A stretch of 64,000 nucleotides of DNA from an uncultured Oscillospiraceae bacterium (lineage in GTDB: Bacteria > Bacillota > Clostridia > Oscillospirales > Ruminococcaceae). The position numbers and the translations under genes were made by a program. The notes beneath the pieces are model-generated. The model made no database searches, was not told where the DNA came from, and saw only the letters and a list, made by a program, of their open reading frames with translations. The DNA lies in assembly GCA_902490585.1 (NCBI GenBank), contig CABUEI010000004.1, positions 2,361 to 66,360 on the forward strand, given 5' to 3'. How positions within the stretch are numbered: the stretch's first letter is position 1; each line of letters opens with the position of its first letter. Positions 9,767-19,858 of the stretch are shown here, piece by piece.

Positions 9767-10624
9767 ATGGTAATTTATCTTGATGTGCTGATTCTGATAA
9801 ATATCTATGTTACATATTTTCAGATTATCGCTGTGTCGGCATTTACCCACAGAAAAACAGTATGGTACAGAAAGCTGATATCCGCAGGGATAGGCGGCGT
9901 AGCGTCACTGTGCATTTTTATACCGCAGGATATGGTTTTGTTGCTTACATTTCTGAAGATCGTACTGTGTGCGTTAATTGCATTTGCTGCTTTCGGTTAC
10001 GGAAGTTTCGGCAAATATGTAAAAAGCGTACTGTTCTTATTGCTTGTAAACTTTATCTTCTCGGGGCTTATGCTTTGTGTGTGGCTGTTTGCCGCTCCTA
10101 TGAAAATGATGTTTATAAACGGTACGGTGTATTTCAGTATAGATGTTATGACAATAATTTTATGTACCGGTGCGGCTTACGGACTTCTCAGAATTATAAG
10201 GCTGATACTTGATAAAAACGGAAAAACCGACAAGAAGTATTCGGTTGAAATAAAAAACAACGGTAAACAGTGCAGACTGTCGGCGCTTGCGGACAGCGGA
10301 AACGGACTTATGGACTATTTCAGCGGATTGCCCGTTATTGTATGCAGGCATGATATGTGTGCAGATATTTCACCGCCTGCAATAGAAATGATAGAGAGTA
10401 ACAGCGATCTTTCCGATATTTGCACACATACGATAAAAGGTGTAAGAATTATGCCGTTTTCCACTGTAGGAAAGGACGGACTTATCTGTATGTTCAAAGC
10501 AGAAAGCGTTGTTATTGATGATGAAACAAGCAATGAAAAATATCCTGTCAATGCGCTTATCGGTGTTGTGATAGGCGGAAAACAGGAGTATGACGCTATA
10601 TTCAATCCGAAAATACTTGTGTGA
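9767..10624 (+). CDS. spoIIGA: Sigma-E processing peptidase SpoIIGA
   Basis: Polytopic N-terminal membrane domain, then the aspartic-protease motif ALADSGNGL. The ORF track starts at 9752; ATG 9767 is preferred because GAGGGG lies 7 nt upstream. Immediately followed by sigE. Confidence 0.8.
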   Translation: MVIYLDVLILINIYVTYFQIIAVSAFTHRKTVWYRKLISAGIGGVASLCIFIPQDMVLLLTFLKIVLCALIAFAAFGYGSFGKYVKSVLFLLLVNFIFSGLMLCVWLFAAPMKMMFINGTVYFSIDVMTIILCTGAAYGLLRIIRLILDKNGKTDKKYSVEIKNNGKQCRLSALADSGNGLMDYFSGLPVIVCRHDMCADISPPAIEMIESNSDLSDICTHTIKGVRIMPFSTVGKDGLICMFKAESVVIDDETSNEKYPVNALIGVVIGGKQEYDAIFNPKILV

Positions 10625-10633
10625 GGTGTAAAA

Positions 10634-11353
10634 ATGCTCAAGGTAATAGAAATTATCAGCAATCTGATTTTAAAATTGCGTATTTCTGCAAACGGAAAAT
10701 GCGAGTGTGATTATATCAACGGTGCGGAAACTTTACCGCCGCCGCTTTCAAAGGAAGAAGAAGCGAAGACGCTTGCAAAACTCGATACTGATTTTGAAAA
10801 TGCAAGAGAAACGCTAATTGTTCATAATCTCCGACTTGTTGTGTACATAGCAAAAAAGTTTGAGAGTACAGGTATAGGAATAGAGGATCTTATTTCAATC
10901 GGCACTATAGGGCTTATCAAGGCGGTCAACACATTCAGCGTTGAGAAGAATATCAAGCTTGCAACTTATGCGTCAAGGTGTATCGAAAATGAGATACTGA
11001 TGTATCTGAGAAAAACCAATCAGCAGAAAATGGAGGTTTCTATAGATGAACCGCTGAATGTTGACTGGGACGGAAACGAACTGCTTTTATCGGATATTCT
11101 CGGTACCGATGACGATACGGTAAGCGTCAATATCGAAAATGAAGCGGAAAAGCGTGTTCTGCTTGAAGCTGTAGAAAAGCTTGATGAAAGAGAAAAACTG
11201 ATTATGGAACTGCGTTTCGGACTGAACAACCGACCCGAAAAAACACAAAAGGAGGTCGCCGATATGATCGGGATCTCCCAGAGTTATATTTCACGTCTTG
11301 AAAAACGCATTATAAAACGACTGAAAAAAGAAATGGAAAGTCTGTGCAGTTAG
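10634..11353 (+). CDS. sigE: Sporulation sigma factor sigma-E (pro-sigma-E)
   Basis: Sigma-70 regions 2 and 4 with an N-terminal pro-sequence ([17 protein letters not shown]…); located after spoIIGA. Confidence 0.85.
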   Translation: MLKVIEIISNLILKLRISANGKCECDYINGAETLPPPLSKEEEAKTLAKLDTDFENARETLIVHNLRLVVYIAKKFESTGIGIEDLISIGTIGLIKAVNTFSVEKNIKLATYASRCIENEILMYLRKTNQQKMEVSIDEPLNVDWDGNELLLSDILGTDDDTVSVNIENEAEKRVLLEAVEKLDEREKLIMELRFGLNNRPEKTQKEVADMIGISQSYISRLEKRIIKRLKKEMESLCS

Positions 11354-12954
11354 CACTTGCCGAAATCTCTGCTGAGTATCGACATAGCACATCTCAACCC
11401 GTCCATTGCGGCGGTTACAATACCGCCTGCATAGCCTGCACCCTCTCCGCAAGGATATAAACCTCTTACGCTTATTGATGACAAAGTTTCGTCTCTCACT
11501 ATTCTCACGGGAGAAGAACTTCTCGTTTCAGGACCTGTCATAACTGCGTCAGGTAGACCGAAACAGCTTATTTTCTTTGCAAACTGCGGCAGGGCGTACC
11601 TCAGCGCATCGCAGACAAAATCGGGTAAATATTCATCGGGCAGTGCAAATGTTGTGCCTATCGGATAGGACGGGGCTACATTGCCGAATTTTTCGGAAGT
11701 GCGTTTTTTGAGAAAGTCGCCGACTAAGGCAACAGGTGCTTTATAATTTTCACCTGCCGCTTTGTAAGCGGCTTTTTCTATTTTCCGTTGCAACTCAACG
11801 CCCGCCATGATATCGTCGGTGTCAAAGTCGTCCGGGGTAATTCCGACGAGAACGGCACTGTTTGCATTTTCGCCGTTTCTTGCATAGTAGCTCATGCCGT
11901 TTGTAACTATCGTGTGTTCTTCGGAAGAAGATGCCGTAACCACACCGCCGGGACACATACAGAATGTATATATTCCTCTGCCGTTTTCATCGTGTACCGA
12001 TAGCTTATAGTCTGCGGCAGGAAGAGCAGGATGACTGCTCATATTGCCGTACATGCTGTAGTCGAGGTCGCTCTGCCTGTGTTCTATTCTGACACCCACC
12101 GAGAAATTTTTCGGCTGCATTGTGACATTGCGATTTTTCAGCATATAGAACACATCTCTTGCACTATGACCTATGGCAAGTATCACGTTATCGGTTTCTA
12201 CAGTGTTTTCCGAACCGTCTTTTTCATATATTACTGATTTAATTTCGCCGTTTTCGGTATCATATCCGATGAATTTAGCACCGAATATTACTTCTCCGCC
12301 AAGAGATATAATATCATTTCTTATGTTTTTTACGGTTTCGGAAAGTTTGTCCGTTCCTATATGTGGCTTTGCATCATATATGATTTCTTCGGGAGCACCG
12401 TGACGGACAAACTCTTCAAAAACTATCCGTGACAGCGGATCATTTACACCTGTGTTGAGCTTGCCGTCTGAAAAAGTACCTGCGCCGCCTTCGCCGAACT
12501 GTACGTTGCACTCTGTATCGAGTATACCTTTTTCCCAGAATAATCTGACTTTTTCCTTGCGGCTGTCTACATCAAGTCCACGTTCAAGAACTATCGGACA
12601 AACTCCGCACTGTGCAAGATACAGTGCCGCAAACATACCTGCGGGACCGAATCCTATTATAACGGGACGCTTTGACAATTTTGCTTTTTCGGGAAGAGAA
12701 TACGGTATTTCTTTATATAAAGAAATGCTTTTGTTACCCGTATTTTTTCTGATTATGCCGTTCTCGTTTTCACAAGAGAAAGCAACCGTGTAAACAAAGT
12801 GAATATCGTCTTTATGACGTGCGTCAACGGATTTTTTTATGATTTTCAGTTCAGAGGATTTCAGCTGAACCGATTTCAGTTTTTTGTTTATAAACGTCGC
12901 TATATCGTCTTCGGTATGGTCGAGCGGCATTTTTATATTGCTGTATTTTATCAT
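11350..12954 (-). CDS. FAD-dependent oxidoreductase of the COG2509 type (uncharacterised FAD-dependent dehydrogenase)
   Basis: 534 aa; dinucleotide-binding GxGxxG ([15 protein letters not shown]) and the conserved N-terminal domain of this family. GGAG ribosome-binding site. Its 3' end overlaps the sigE stop by 4 bp. Confidence 0.6.
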   Translation of the reverse strand: MIKYSNIKMPLDHTEDDIATFINKKLKSVQLKSSELKIIKKSVDARHKDDIHFVYTVAFSCENENGIIRKNTGNKSISLYKEIPYSLPEKAKLSKRPVIIGFGPAGMFAALYLAQCGVCPIVLERGLDVDSRKEKVRLFWEKGILDTECNVQFGEGGAGTFSDGKLNTGVNDPLSRIVFEEFVRHGAPEEIIYDAKPHIGTDKLSETVKNIRNDIISLGGEVIFGAKFIGYDTENGEIKSVIYEKDGSENTVETDNVILAIGHSARDVFYMLKNRNVTMQPKNFSVGVRIEHRQSDLDYSMYGNMSSHPALPAADYKLSVHDENGRGIYTFCMCPGGVVTASSSEEHTIVTNGMSYYARNGENANSAVLVGITPDDFDTDDIMAGVELQRKIEKAAYKAAGENYKAPVALVGDFLKKRTSEKFGNVAPSYPIGTTFALPDEYLPDFVCDALRYALPQFAKKISCFGLPDAVMTGPETRSSSPVRIVRDETLSSISVRGLYPCGEGAGYAGGIVTAAMDGLRCAMSILSRDFGKC

Positions 12955-12957
12955 TTT

Positions 12958-14184
12958 TTACTCCGATAAAGATAGACTTGCGTTCATGCCGGCTGTATAT
13001 CCGCTCTTCCACGCCCAGTCAAGATTATAACCTCCGCATTTTCCCTGAATGTTGAGTATCTCACCGCAAAGGTATAACCCGTTTGCTTTGAGCGATTCAA
13101 GCTTGCCCGATACTTCACTTGCGGGTATACCTCCGCAGGTGATCTGTGCAAGGCTCCAGTCTGATACGTTTCTTATAGGATAACGGCTGTCCTTTGCTAT
13201 ATTACAAAGCTTTGATATTTCTTTGCCCGAAATTTCACCGCAGGTTTTTGAAAAAGAAATACCTGCTTTTTTCAGCATTGCCTGTCCGACACGTTTATGA
13301 TATATTCCCGTGAGAAGTTCTTCGCACGGAAGTGACGTTCTGATTTCGGCAGTGGTTTTGATAAGACTGTATAATTCTTCTTTGCTTAGCGTGGGTGCTG
13401 TATCAAGCGAAATTTCACCTTTGTTTATATATTCTGCGGCTTTGGCAGACAGGTTGAAAATACATATACCCGACAGTGCGCCGTCGTTGAACTGCACCTC
13501 TCCGGATTGTCTGTCGATTAAGTTTCCATTGCAGATAAGCGATACAACAGCGGCAACACGAAGTCCTTTCAGTGATTTTACAAGTTCTACATCTGTCCTT
13601 AGCGGTGCGAGGGCAGGGTAAAGCGGTGTTACAGAATGTCCGAACTTTTTACAAAGTTCATATCCGTCGCCTGTTGAGCCCAGTGACTGAGCCGCTTTTC
13701 CTCCGGTGGAGATAATGACACGTTTTGCTTTGATTTCCGTTTCACAGTTTGTTATTATAAAGCCGTTTTTGGTTTTTCTGATATCCGTCACAGCATATTC
13801 GCATATTGTATTGATACCTGAAAAGTCAGCGGCAAATCTGAGAGCGTCAAGCACCGAGGTTGCCGCATTGCTGTAGGGATATACTCTCCCCATATCATCT
13901 GCACGGCAGATAAGCCCCAGAGAAGAGAAGAACTCCTCTGAATTTTCTATATCTGTGCTTATATATGATAAAAACTCTGTGTTTCCGTCGTAATCGTCGG
14001 AAGAGATGTTGCGGTTTGTGAGATTACATCTTCCGTTACCTGTAGACAGAATTTTTTTACCTACTCTCTGCATTTTCTCAAGTATGGTTATATTGTTACA
14101 GCCGTAACGTGCGGCGGCAATGCCTGCGACAAGTCCCGATGCACCGCCGCCGATAATTGCTATATCGGTATCAATTATTTTCAT
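12958..14184 (-). CDS. HI0933/BaiN-like flavoprotein (NAD(P)/FAD-dependent oxidoreductase, aminoacetone-oxidase-like family)
   Basis: N-terminal IAIIGGGASGLVAG Rossmann motif. The ORF track's 14199 start is a TTG; ATG 14184 with a GGAG ribosome-binding site is preferred. Confidence 0.7.
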   Translation of the reverse strand: MKIIDTDIAIIGGGASGLVAGIAAARYGCNNITILEKMQRVGKKILSTGNGRCNLTNRNISSDDYDGNTEFLSYISTDIENSEEFFSSLGLICRADDMGRVYPYSNAATSVLDALRFAADFSGINTICEYAVTDIRKTKNGFIITNCETEIKAKRVIISTGGKAAQSLGSTGDGYELCKKFGHSVTPLYPALAPLRTDVELVKSLKGLRVAAVVSLICNGNLIDRQSGEVQFNDGALSGICIFNLSAKAAEYINKGEISLDTAPTLSKEELYSLIKTTAEIRTSLPCEELLTGIYHKRVGQAMLKKAGISFSKTCGEISGKEISKLCNIAKDSRYPIRNVSDWSLAQITCGGIPASEVSGKLESLKANGLYLCGEILNIQGKCGGYNLDWAWKSGYTAGMNASLSLSE

Positions 14185-14324
14185 TTCTGCTCCGTTCAAA
14201 GAAGTTAATTAAATTTATAATCGGTTAACATAAAAAGTATACCATATTATCATCAGGTAAGCAAGAGGTTTACTTAATTGCGGATATTATGGGAGTATCT
14301 GCTGAAAATACGGAGGATAAGAAA

Positions 14325-14780
14325 ATGGACGACAGAATAATGAGAATTATAATTGCGCTCGGTAAGTTCTCGGCTCAGCCAAGACAGTACAGAATTATGG
14401 AGGGGCTTAACGCAAGTGAAACAGGTGTGTTCTGGGCAATGACGCAGATAGTTGCCGAAAAACCCGAAACCGAACTGTTCGGACTGAGCGAGCTTAACAG
14501 TTATCTTAATTTCACAAGACCCAACCTCTCTCAGACTATAAATAAGCTTGAGGACAAGGGCTATGTTGAACGTGTTGTATTAAAGGACGACAGACGGGTA
14601 ACATATATCAAGCTTACCGAAAACGGCAGAGCAACAGCTAAAGCAAAATACGACGAAATATTCACACGGCTTGAAAATATAGCAAAGATACTCGGTGAAG
14701 AGGATACAGATAAGCTGATCGAACTTATTCTGCGTTTTGCCGATGCTTACGACAAGTCAGGCGAAATAAAGACAAAATGA
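14325..14780 (+). CDS. MarR family transcriptional regulator
   Basis: Winged HTH (…NLSQTINKLEDKGYVERV…DRR…); ATG 14325 with GGAGG 8 nt upstream is preferred over 14289. Confidence 0.75.
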   Translation: MDDRIMRIIIALGKFSAQPRQYRIMEGLNASETGVFWAMTQIVAEKPETELFGLSELNSYLNFTRPNLSQTINKLEDKGYVERVVLKDDRRVTYIKLTENGRATAKAKYDEIFTRLENIAKILGEEDTDKLIELILRFADAYDKSGEIKTK

Positions 14781-14795
14781 AAGGAAGCATAGCGT

Positions 14796-17108
14796 TTGTT
14801 TAAAATATTCGGGTATCTTAAAAAGAGTATACCGCAGGTTTTACTTATTATCGTCCTGCTTGTAATACAGGCATGGGGCGACCTTACTTTGCCGCAATAT
14901 ACATCGGATATAGTTGATATTGGTATTCAGAACGGCGGTATTGAAGATGCGGCGGCTGACGCACTCACCGTTGACGGTTACAATGCCATAAAACTATTCA
15001 TGAATGATGAACAGAAAAGCGTGCTTGAAAAGAGCTATGTGCTTGTGAATGCAGGCACAGCTACAGAAGAACAGAGAAATATGTATCCTGCGTCAAAAGA
15101 CAGTGATGTATATTTTCTGAATGACCTTACAGCCGATGAAAAGACACAGCTTATTGACGCTGTCGGAATACCGATGACGGCGGCTGAAATGATGAGTGAG
15201 CTTTCTTTTGAAAACTTTTCTTCTATTACCGAAAAACAAGGTGTAACATTGCCGTTTACATCGTTTGAGCAGGCAGGACAGGTACTTGGAATTGATTCCG
15301 ATAAGGCAAATGCATTGACAATTCTTTCCGCACTCGCAAGTACGGGAGCAATCGGCAATACAGATTTATCTGCATCAATTGATAAAATCGCTGATATGCC
15401 CGGAACTATCACTGAGCAGTCGGCTGTACTTTTTGTAAAGAATGAATATTCATCTCTCGACGTTGATATGAACGCTTTACAACAGAATTATCTGTTGTCA
15501 ACGGGCGGCAAAATGTTGCTTATCGCTCTTCTTATGATGGCAGTGTCTGTAACAGTCGGTTTCTTTGCGTCCACAACAGCGGCAAAGGTCGGCAGAGATT
15601 TAAGAGCAAAAGTGTTTACCAATGTTGTAAGCTTTTCAAGCGCTGAAATTGACAAGTTTTCTACAGCCAGTCTTATAACAAGAAGCACTAATGATATCCA
15701 GCAGATACAGATGGTTATTGTAATGTTGCTCAGAATGGTTATATATGCTCCCATACTCGGTATAGGCGGTGTATTCATGGTACTTACAACAGGTACCGGT
15801 ATGGCGTGGATTATCGCCCTTGCCGTAATTGTTATTCTTGCGGTGGTGCTTATTCTGATGAAGATTGCGATGCCTAAATTCAAGCTCATGCAGAAGCTCG
15901 TTGATAAGCTCAACCTTGTTGCAAGGGAAATACTTACCGGTCTGCCTGTTATTCGTGCGTTCAGCCGTGAGAAGTATGAGGAAGAACGTTTTGATAACGC
16001 AAACAAGGATCTGACCTCTACAATGCTGTTTACCAACCGCACAATGACCTTTATGATGCCTCTCATGATGATGATAATGAACCTTATCACCGTTCTTATT
16101 ATCTGGGTAGGTGCAGGTCAGATTTCCGACGGTTCGCTCCAGGTCGGCGATATGATGGCATTTATCACCTATACAATGCAGATTGTAATGTCGTTCCTTA
16201 TGTTGACTATGGTTTCTATTATGTTACCGAGAGCCGCAGTTTCGGCTGAAAGAATAAATGAGGTTATAACTGCAAAGAAGAGCATTAATGATAAAGAGAA
16301 TGCTTCAACATTTGATAAGGCTTCAATGAAAGGCAATGTACAGTTTGATCATGTATCATTCCGCTATCCCGATGCTAATGAAGATGTACTGACAGATATC
16401 AATTTCACCGCAAACGCAGGCGAAACCACAGCTATTATCGGCAGTACCGGTAGCGGTAAATCGACGCTCATTAATCTTATACCCAGGTTCTTTGATGTTA
16501 CCGATGGTAAGATAACAATTGACGGTGTTGATATCAGAGATGTAACACAGCACTCACTCCATGACATTATAGGTCTTGTAGCTCAGAAGGGCGTGCTGTT
16601 CTCTGGCACAATAGAAAGCAATATCAAATTCGGTGCCGAGAACGCAAGCGACGAAACCGTAAAGCTTGCTGCTGATGTTTCACAGTCGTCCGAGTTTATC
16701 GACAGTAAGCCGATGAAATACAACGAACCTGTTTCACAGGGCGGTACAAACGTATCAGGCGGACAGAAACAGCGTCTGTCAATTGCCCGTGCTATTGCAA
16801 AGGAACCTAAGATATATCTGTTCGACGACAGCTTCTCCGCACTTGATTTCAAGACAGATGTAAAACTCAGAAAAGCACTTGCCGACAACATTCATGATTG
16901 TACGATTATTATCGTCGCACAGCGTATCAGCACAATACTCAATGCAGATAAGATAGTAGTGCTTGATGAGGGCAGGATTGCAGGCATAGGAACCCATGAG
17001 GAACTTATGGAAAGCTGTGAAGTGTACAGACAGATAGCTCATTCGCAGTTATCTCAGAAAGACCTTGCGGCAATCAATAATGCAAAGGGGGGTACTGAAA
17101 ATGCGTAA
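14796..17108 (+). CDS. ABC exporter ATP-binding/permease subunit (heterodimer half carrying a degenerate ATP site; large extracytoplasmic loop)
   Basis: TTG start with AAGGAAG 8 nt upstream. Six TM helices plus an NBD: Walker A GSTGSGKST and signature SGGQKQR, but Walker B YLFDDS (no catalytic Glu) and AQR in place of the H-loop His. Confidence 0.85.
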   Translation: MFKIFGYLKKSIPQVLLIIVLLVIQAWGDLTLPQYTSDIVDIGIQNGGIEDAAADALTVDGYNAIKLFMNDEQKSVLEKSYVLVNAGTATEEQRNMYPASKDSDVYFLNDLTADEKTQLIDAVGIPMTAAEMMSELSFENFSSITEKQGVTLPFTSFEQAGQVLGIDSDKANALTILSALASTGAIGNTDLSASIDKIADMPGTITEQSAVLFVKNEYSSLDVDMNALQQNYLLSTGGKMLLIALLMMAVSVTVGFFASTTAAKVGRDLRAKVFTNVVSFSSAEIDKFSTASLITRSTNDIQQIQMVIVMLLRMVIYAPILGIGGVFMVLTTGTGMAWIIALAVIVILAVVLILMKIAMPKFKLMQKLVDKLNLVAREILTGLPVIRAFSREKYEEERFDNANKDLTSTMLFTNRTMTFMMPLMMMIMNLITVLIIWVGAGQISDGSLQVGDMMAFITYTMQIVMSFLMLTMVSIMLPRAAVSAERINEVITAKKSINDKENASTFDKASMKGNVQFDHVSFRYPDANEDVLTDINFTANAGETTAIIGSTGSGKSTLINLIPRFFDVTDGKITIDGVDIRDVTQHSLHDIIGLVAQKGVLFSGTIESNIKFGAENASDETVKLAADVSQSSEFIDSKPMKYNEPVSQGGTNVSGGQKQRLSIARAIAKEPKIYLFDDSFSALDFKTDVKLRKALADNIHDCTIIIVAQRISTILNADKIVVLDEGRIAGIGTHEELMESCEVYRQIAHSQLSQKDLAAINNAKGGTENA

Positions 17109-18945
17109 TTCTCGCAGAGGAGGCCCCGGCGCTCCTGTAGAAAAGGCTAAGGACTTCAAGGGCAGTATCGGTAAGCTCGCAAAATATATGAGTGCATACA
17201 AGATTTCACTCATATTCGTGGTGATTTTTGCAATAACATCTACTGTTTTCAATATCATCGGTCCTAAACTGATGGGCAATGCCACAACGGAAATCTTCAA
17301 TGGAATAGTGGCAAAAGTCAACGGTACGGGTGATATAAATTTTGACACACTCGGTGCTATACTTCTCTTGCTTATAGGGTTCTATCTTATAAGCAGTATC
17401 TGTTCATTCATACAGGGTTGGCTGATGACAGGCATATCGCAGAAAGTCAGCTACAGGCTCCGTAAGGAACTTATCGCTAAAATAAACCGTCTTCCGATGA
17501 ATTATTTTGACCGTTGTACAAACGGCGAAGCACTGTCAAGGGTTACAAACGATGTCGATACTCTTGCACAGAACCTGAATCAGAGCATAACACAGCTTGT
17601 CACCTCAATAACCACTATTATCGGCGTACTTGTAATGATGCTGTCGATAAGCCCGCTCATGACGCTTATCGCATTGCTTATTCTTCCCGTTTCAATGGTT
17701 CTTGTACTTATCGTGGTCAAGATTTCTCAGAAGTACTTCAAGGCACAGCAGGAATATCTCGGTCATATAAACGGACAGGTTGAAGAAATTTACGGCGGAC
17801 ACAATATTGTCAAGGCTTTTAACCGTGAAGAACGTGTAATTAATGATTTCAATGAAGCAAATGATGTGTTGTATAAATCGGCGTGGAAATCGCAGTTCTT
17901 CTCAGGTATCATGATGCCGATAATGACATTCGTCGGAAATCTCGGTTATGTAGGTGTTGCCATACTCGGAGGTTTGCTTGCGGCTAACGGAACAATAATG
18001 GTAGGCGATATTTTATCGTTTATCCAGTATGTAAAGAATTTCACACAGCCTATAAACCAGCTTGCTCAGGTATCAAGTATGCTTCAGTCAACTGCGGCAG
18101 CCGCAGAGCGTGTATTTGAGTTCCTTGCCGAAGATGAAGAAGAGCTTCGTGCAAAAGAACACGCTATGATTACCGATACATCGGGCAATACAAGAAATGT
18201 CACGACGCTTGATATTACAGGAGATGTAACATTCGAGCACGTCCGTTTCGGTTACACTCCCGAAAAGATAATCATAAACGATTTCAGTGCAAGTGTAAAG
18301 CAGGGACAGAAGATAGCCATAGTCGGACCCACCGGTGCAGGTAAAACCACTATCGTCAAGCTCCTTATGCGTTTCTATGAGCTTAACGGCGGAAGAATAC
18401 TTGTTGACGGTTACGATATAACCGACTTTGACAGGAGTGAGCTCAGAGAACTGTTCGGAATGGTGCTCCAGGATACATGGCTGTTTAAGGGCAGTATAAT
18501 GGAGAATATCAGATACGGCAAGCTTGACGCTACAGACGAAGAGGTTATAGCCGCCGCTAAAGCCGCTCATGTTGACCATTTCATAAGAACACTTCCGGGT
18601 GGATATGATATGGAGCTTAACGAAGAAGCGTCCAACGTATCACAGGGTCAGAAACAGCTTCTGACTATTGCAAGAGCAATTCTTGCAAATAATAAGATAC
18701 TGATTCTCGATGAGGCAACAAGTTCAGTCGATACCCGTACCGAAATTCAGATTCAGAAAGCTATGGACAATCTGATGAAAGGAAGAACCAGCTTTGTTAT
18801 CGCTCACCGCTTATCTACGATAAAAGACGCAGATCTTATACTTGTTCTGAAGGACGGCGATATAATAGAGCAGGGTAATCACGAAGAACTTATTGCAAAA
18901 AACGGCTTCTATGCAGAGCTTTATAATTCTCAGTTTGAAAGCTGA
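17101..18945 (+). CDS. ABC exporter ATP-binding/permease subunit (heterodimer half carrying the consensus ATP site)
   Basis: ATG 17101 overlaps the upstream stop by 8 nt. Walker A GPTGAGKTT, Walker B ILILDEATS, H-loop AHR, degenerate signature VSQGQKQ. Confidence 0.85.
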   Translation: MRNSRRGGPGAPVEKAKDFKGSIGKLAKYMSAYKISLIFVVIFAITSTVFNIIGPKLMGNATTEIFNGIVAKVNGTGDINFDTLGAILLLLIGFYLISSICSFIQGWLMTGISQKVSYRLRKELIAKINRLPMNYFDRCTNGEALSRVTNDVDTLAQNLNQSITQLVTSITTIIGVLVMMLSISPLMTLIALLILPVSMVLVLIVVKISQKYFKAQQEYLGHINGQVEEIYGGHNIVKAFNREERVINDFNEANDVLYKSAWKSQFFSGIMMPIMTFVGNLGYVGVAILGGLLAANGTIMVGDILSFIQYVKNFTQPINQLAQVSSMLQSTAAAAERVFEFLAEDEEELRAKEHAMITDTSGNTRNVTTLDITGDVTFEHVRFGYTPEKIIINDFSASVKQGQKIAIVGPTGAGKTTIVKLLMRFYELNGGRILVDGYDITDFDRSELRELFGMVLQDTWLFKGSIMENIRYGKLDATDEEVIAAAKAAHVDHFIRTLPGGYDMELNEEASNVSQGQKQLLTIARAILANNKILILDEATSSVDTRTEIQIQKAMDNLMKGRTSFVIAHRLSTIKDADLILVLKDGDIIEQGNHEELIAKNGFYAELYNSQFES

Positions 18946-19002
18946 TAGCCGCACATTTTGCATAGTTTTAAAATGAAACTTGCAGATTTGGCGTATAAAC
19001 TA

Positions 19003-19031
19003 TTGACAAACTCTGAAAAAAACTGTATAAT
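19003..19031 (+). promoter_or_regulatory. Consensus sigma-A promoter
   Basis: TTGACA (19003-19008), 17-nt spacer, TATAAT (19026-19031). Confidence 0.6.
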
Positions 19032-19043
19032 AATATCAGCAAA

Positions 19044-19076
19044 GGCGCAAAGCAGAAATGTTTTGTGCCTTTTTTA
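19044..19076 (+). terminator. Intrinsic-terminator-like hairpin in the leader between the promoter and the XRE-fusion gene (possible attenuator, or the terminator of the ABC operon)
   Basis: ggcgcaaa / tttgtgcc 8-bp stem (one G·U), 10-nt loop, T6 run; 30 nt upstream of ATG 19106. Confidence 0.5.
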
Positions 19077-19105
19077 TATTGTGTGGACAGCAGGAAGGTG
19101 CAAAT

Positions 19106-19789
19106 ATGGATAAGAAAGTATTCAAAGACAGACTTGCAGAAAACGAATATGAAAATATAAATGTACTACAGCTTTTCGGATTACAGGATGATGTTTATGT
19201 CGGTGGCAGTATAGAAATTTATCATAAGCCGTGCGGACACACCGACACCGTGATATTCAGACAGGGAATATATGAGAACACCGTTAACGAGTGCATAAAC
19301 GATTATTGCAGTGAATGTCGTAGGAAGATGAATAACACCGTTGAGTTTGTGAAAAGTTATATCGAATGGCTGTATGTTGATGTGATTACCGATAACCACG
19401 GCAGAAAAACTATACTTAAAGACGGCGATTACAGAGAATTTTTCAAAAGTGACATCAATCTTGATAAATTCGTAAAACAGAATTATACCGATTATCCCAT
19501 TGAACTTATGACTGCTATTGACAGGTTTATCTCGGATAATCCCCGTTCTTTTACCGATGAAAGCGGCAGGAATATTTCTACCGTGAAGATAGATACAATA
19601 AAAAACCGTATAACTCATTTCAGAAACAAGTGTGGTATTTCAAGAAAAGAACTTTCCGACAAGACCGGTATAGCATTCAAAACAGTAGAAAATTACGAGC
19701 TCGGACGAACAAAACTGACTTCAATATCTGTTGACAACGCATTCAGAATAGCACAGGTTCTCGGAATAAGCGCAGAATATCTTATATAG
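19106..19789 (+). CDS. Hypothetical regulator: novel N-terminal domain with a C-X18-C-X4-C-X2-C cluster fused to a C-terminal XRE-family HTH
   Basis: ATG 19106 with AGGAAGG upstream is preferred over the ORF track's 19058. C-terminal HTH_XRE (…ISRKELSDKTGIAFKTVENYELGRT…); the N-terminal ~160 aa have no recognisable family. Confidence 0.55.
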   Translation: MDKKVFKDRLAENEYENINVLQLFGLQDDVYVGGSIEIYHKPCGHTDTVIFRQGIYENTVNECINDYCSECRRKMNNTVEFVKSYIEWLYVDVITDNHGRKTILKDGDYREFFKSDINLDKFVKQNYTDYPIELMTAIDRFISDNPRSFTDESGRNISTVKIDTIKNRITHFRNKCGISRKELSDKTGIAFKTVENYELGRTKLTSISVDNAFRIAQVLGISAEYLI

Positions 19790-19858
19790 CTGAAATCTTG
19801 ACAACAAGCCAAAAAGCGAATATACTTATATTATCATCAGATTTGCGGAGGTAACCAC

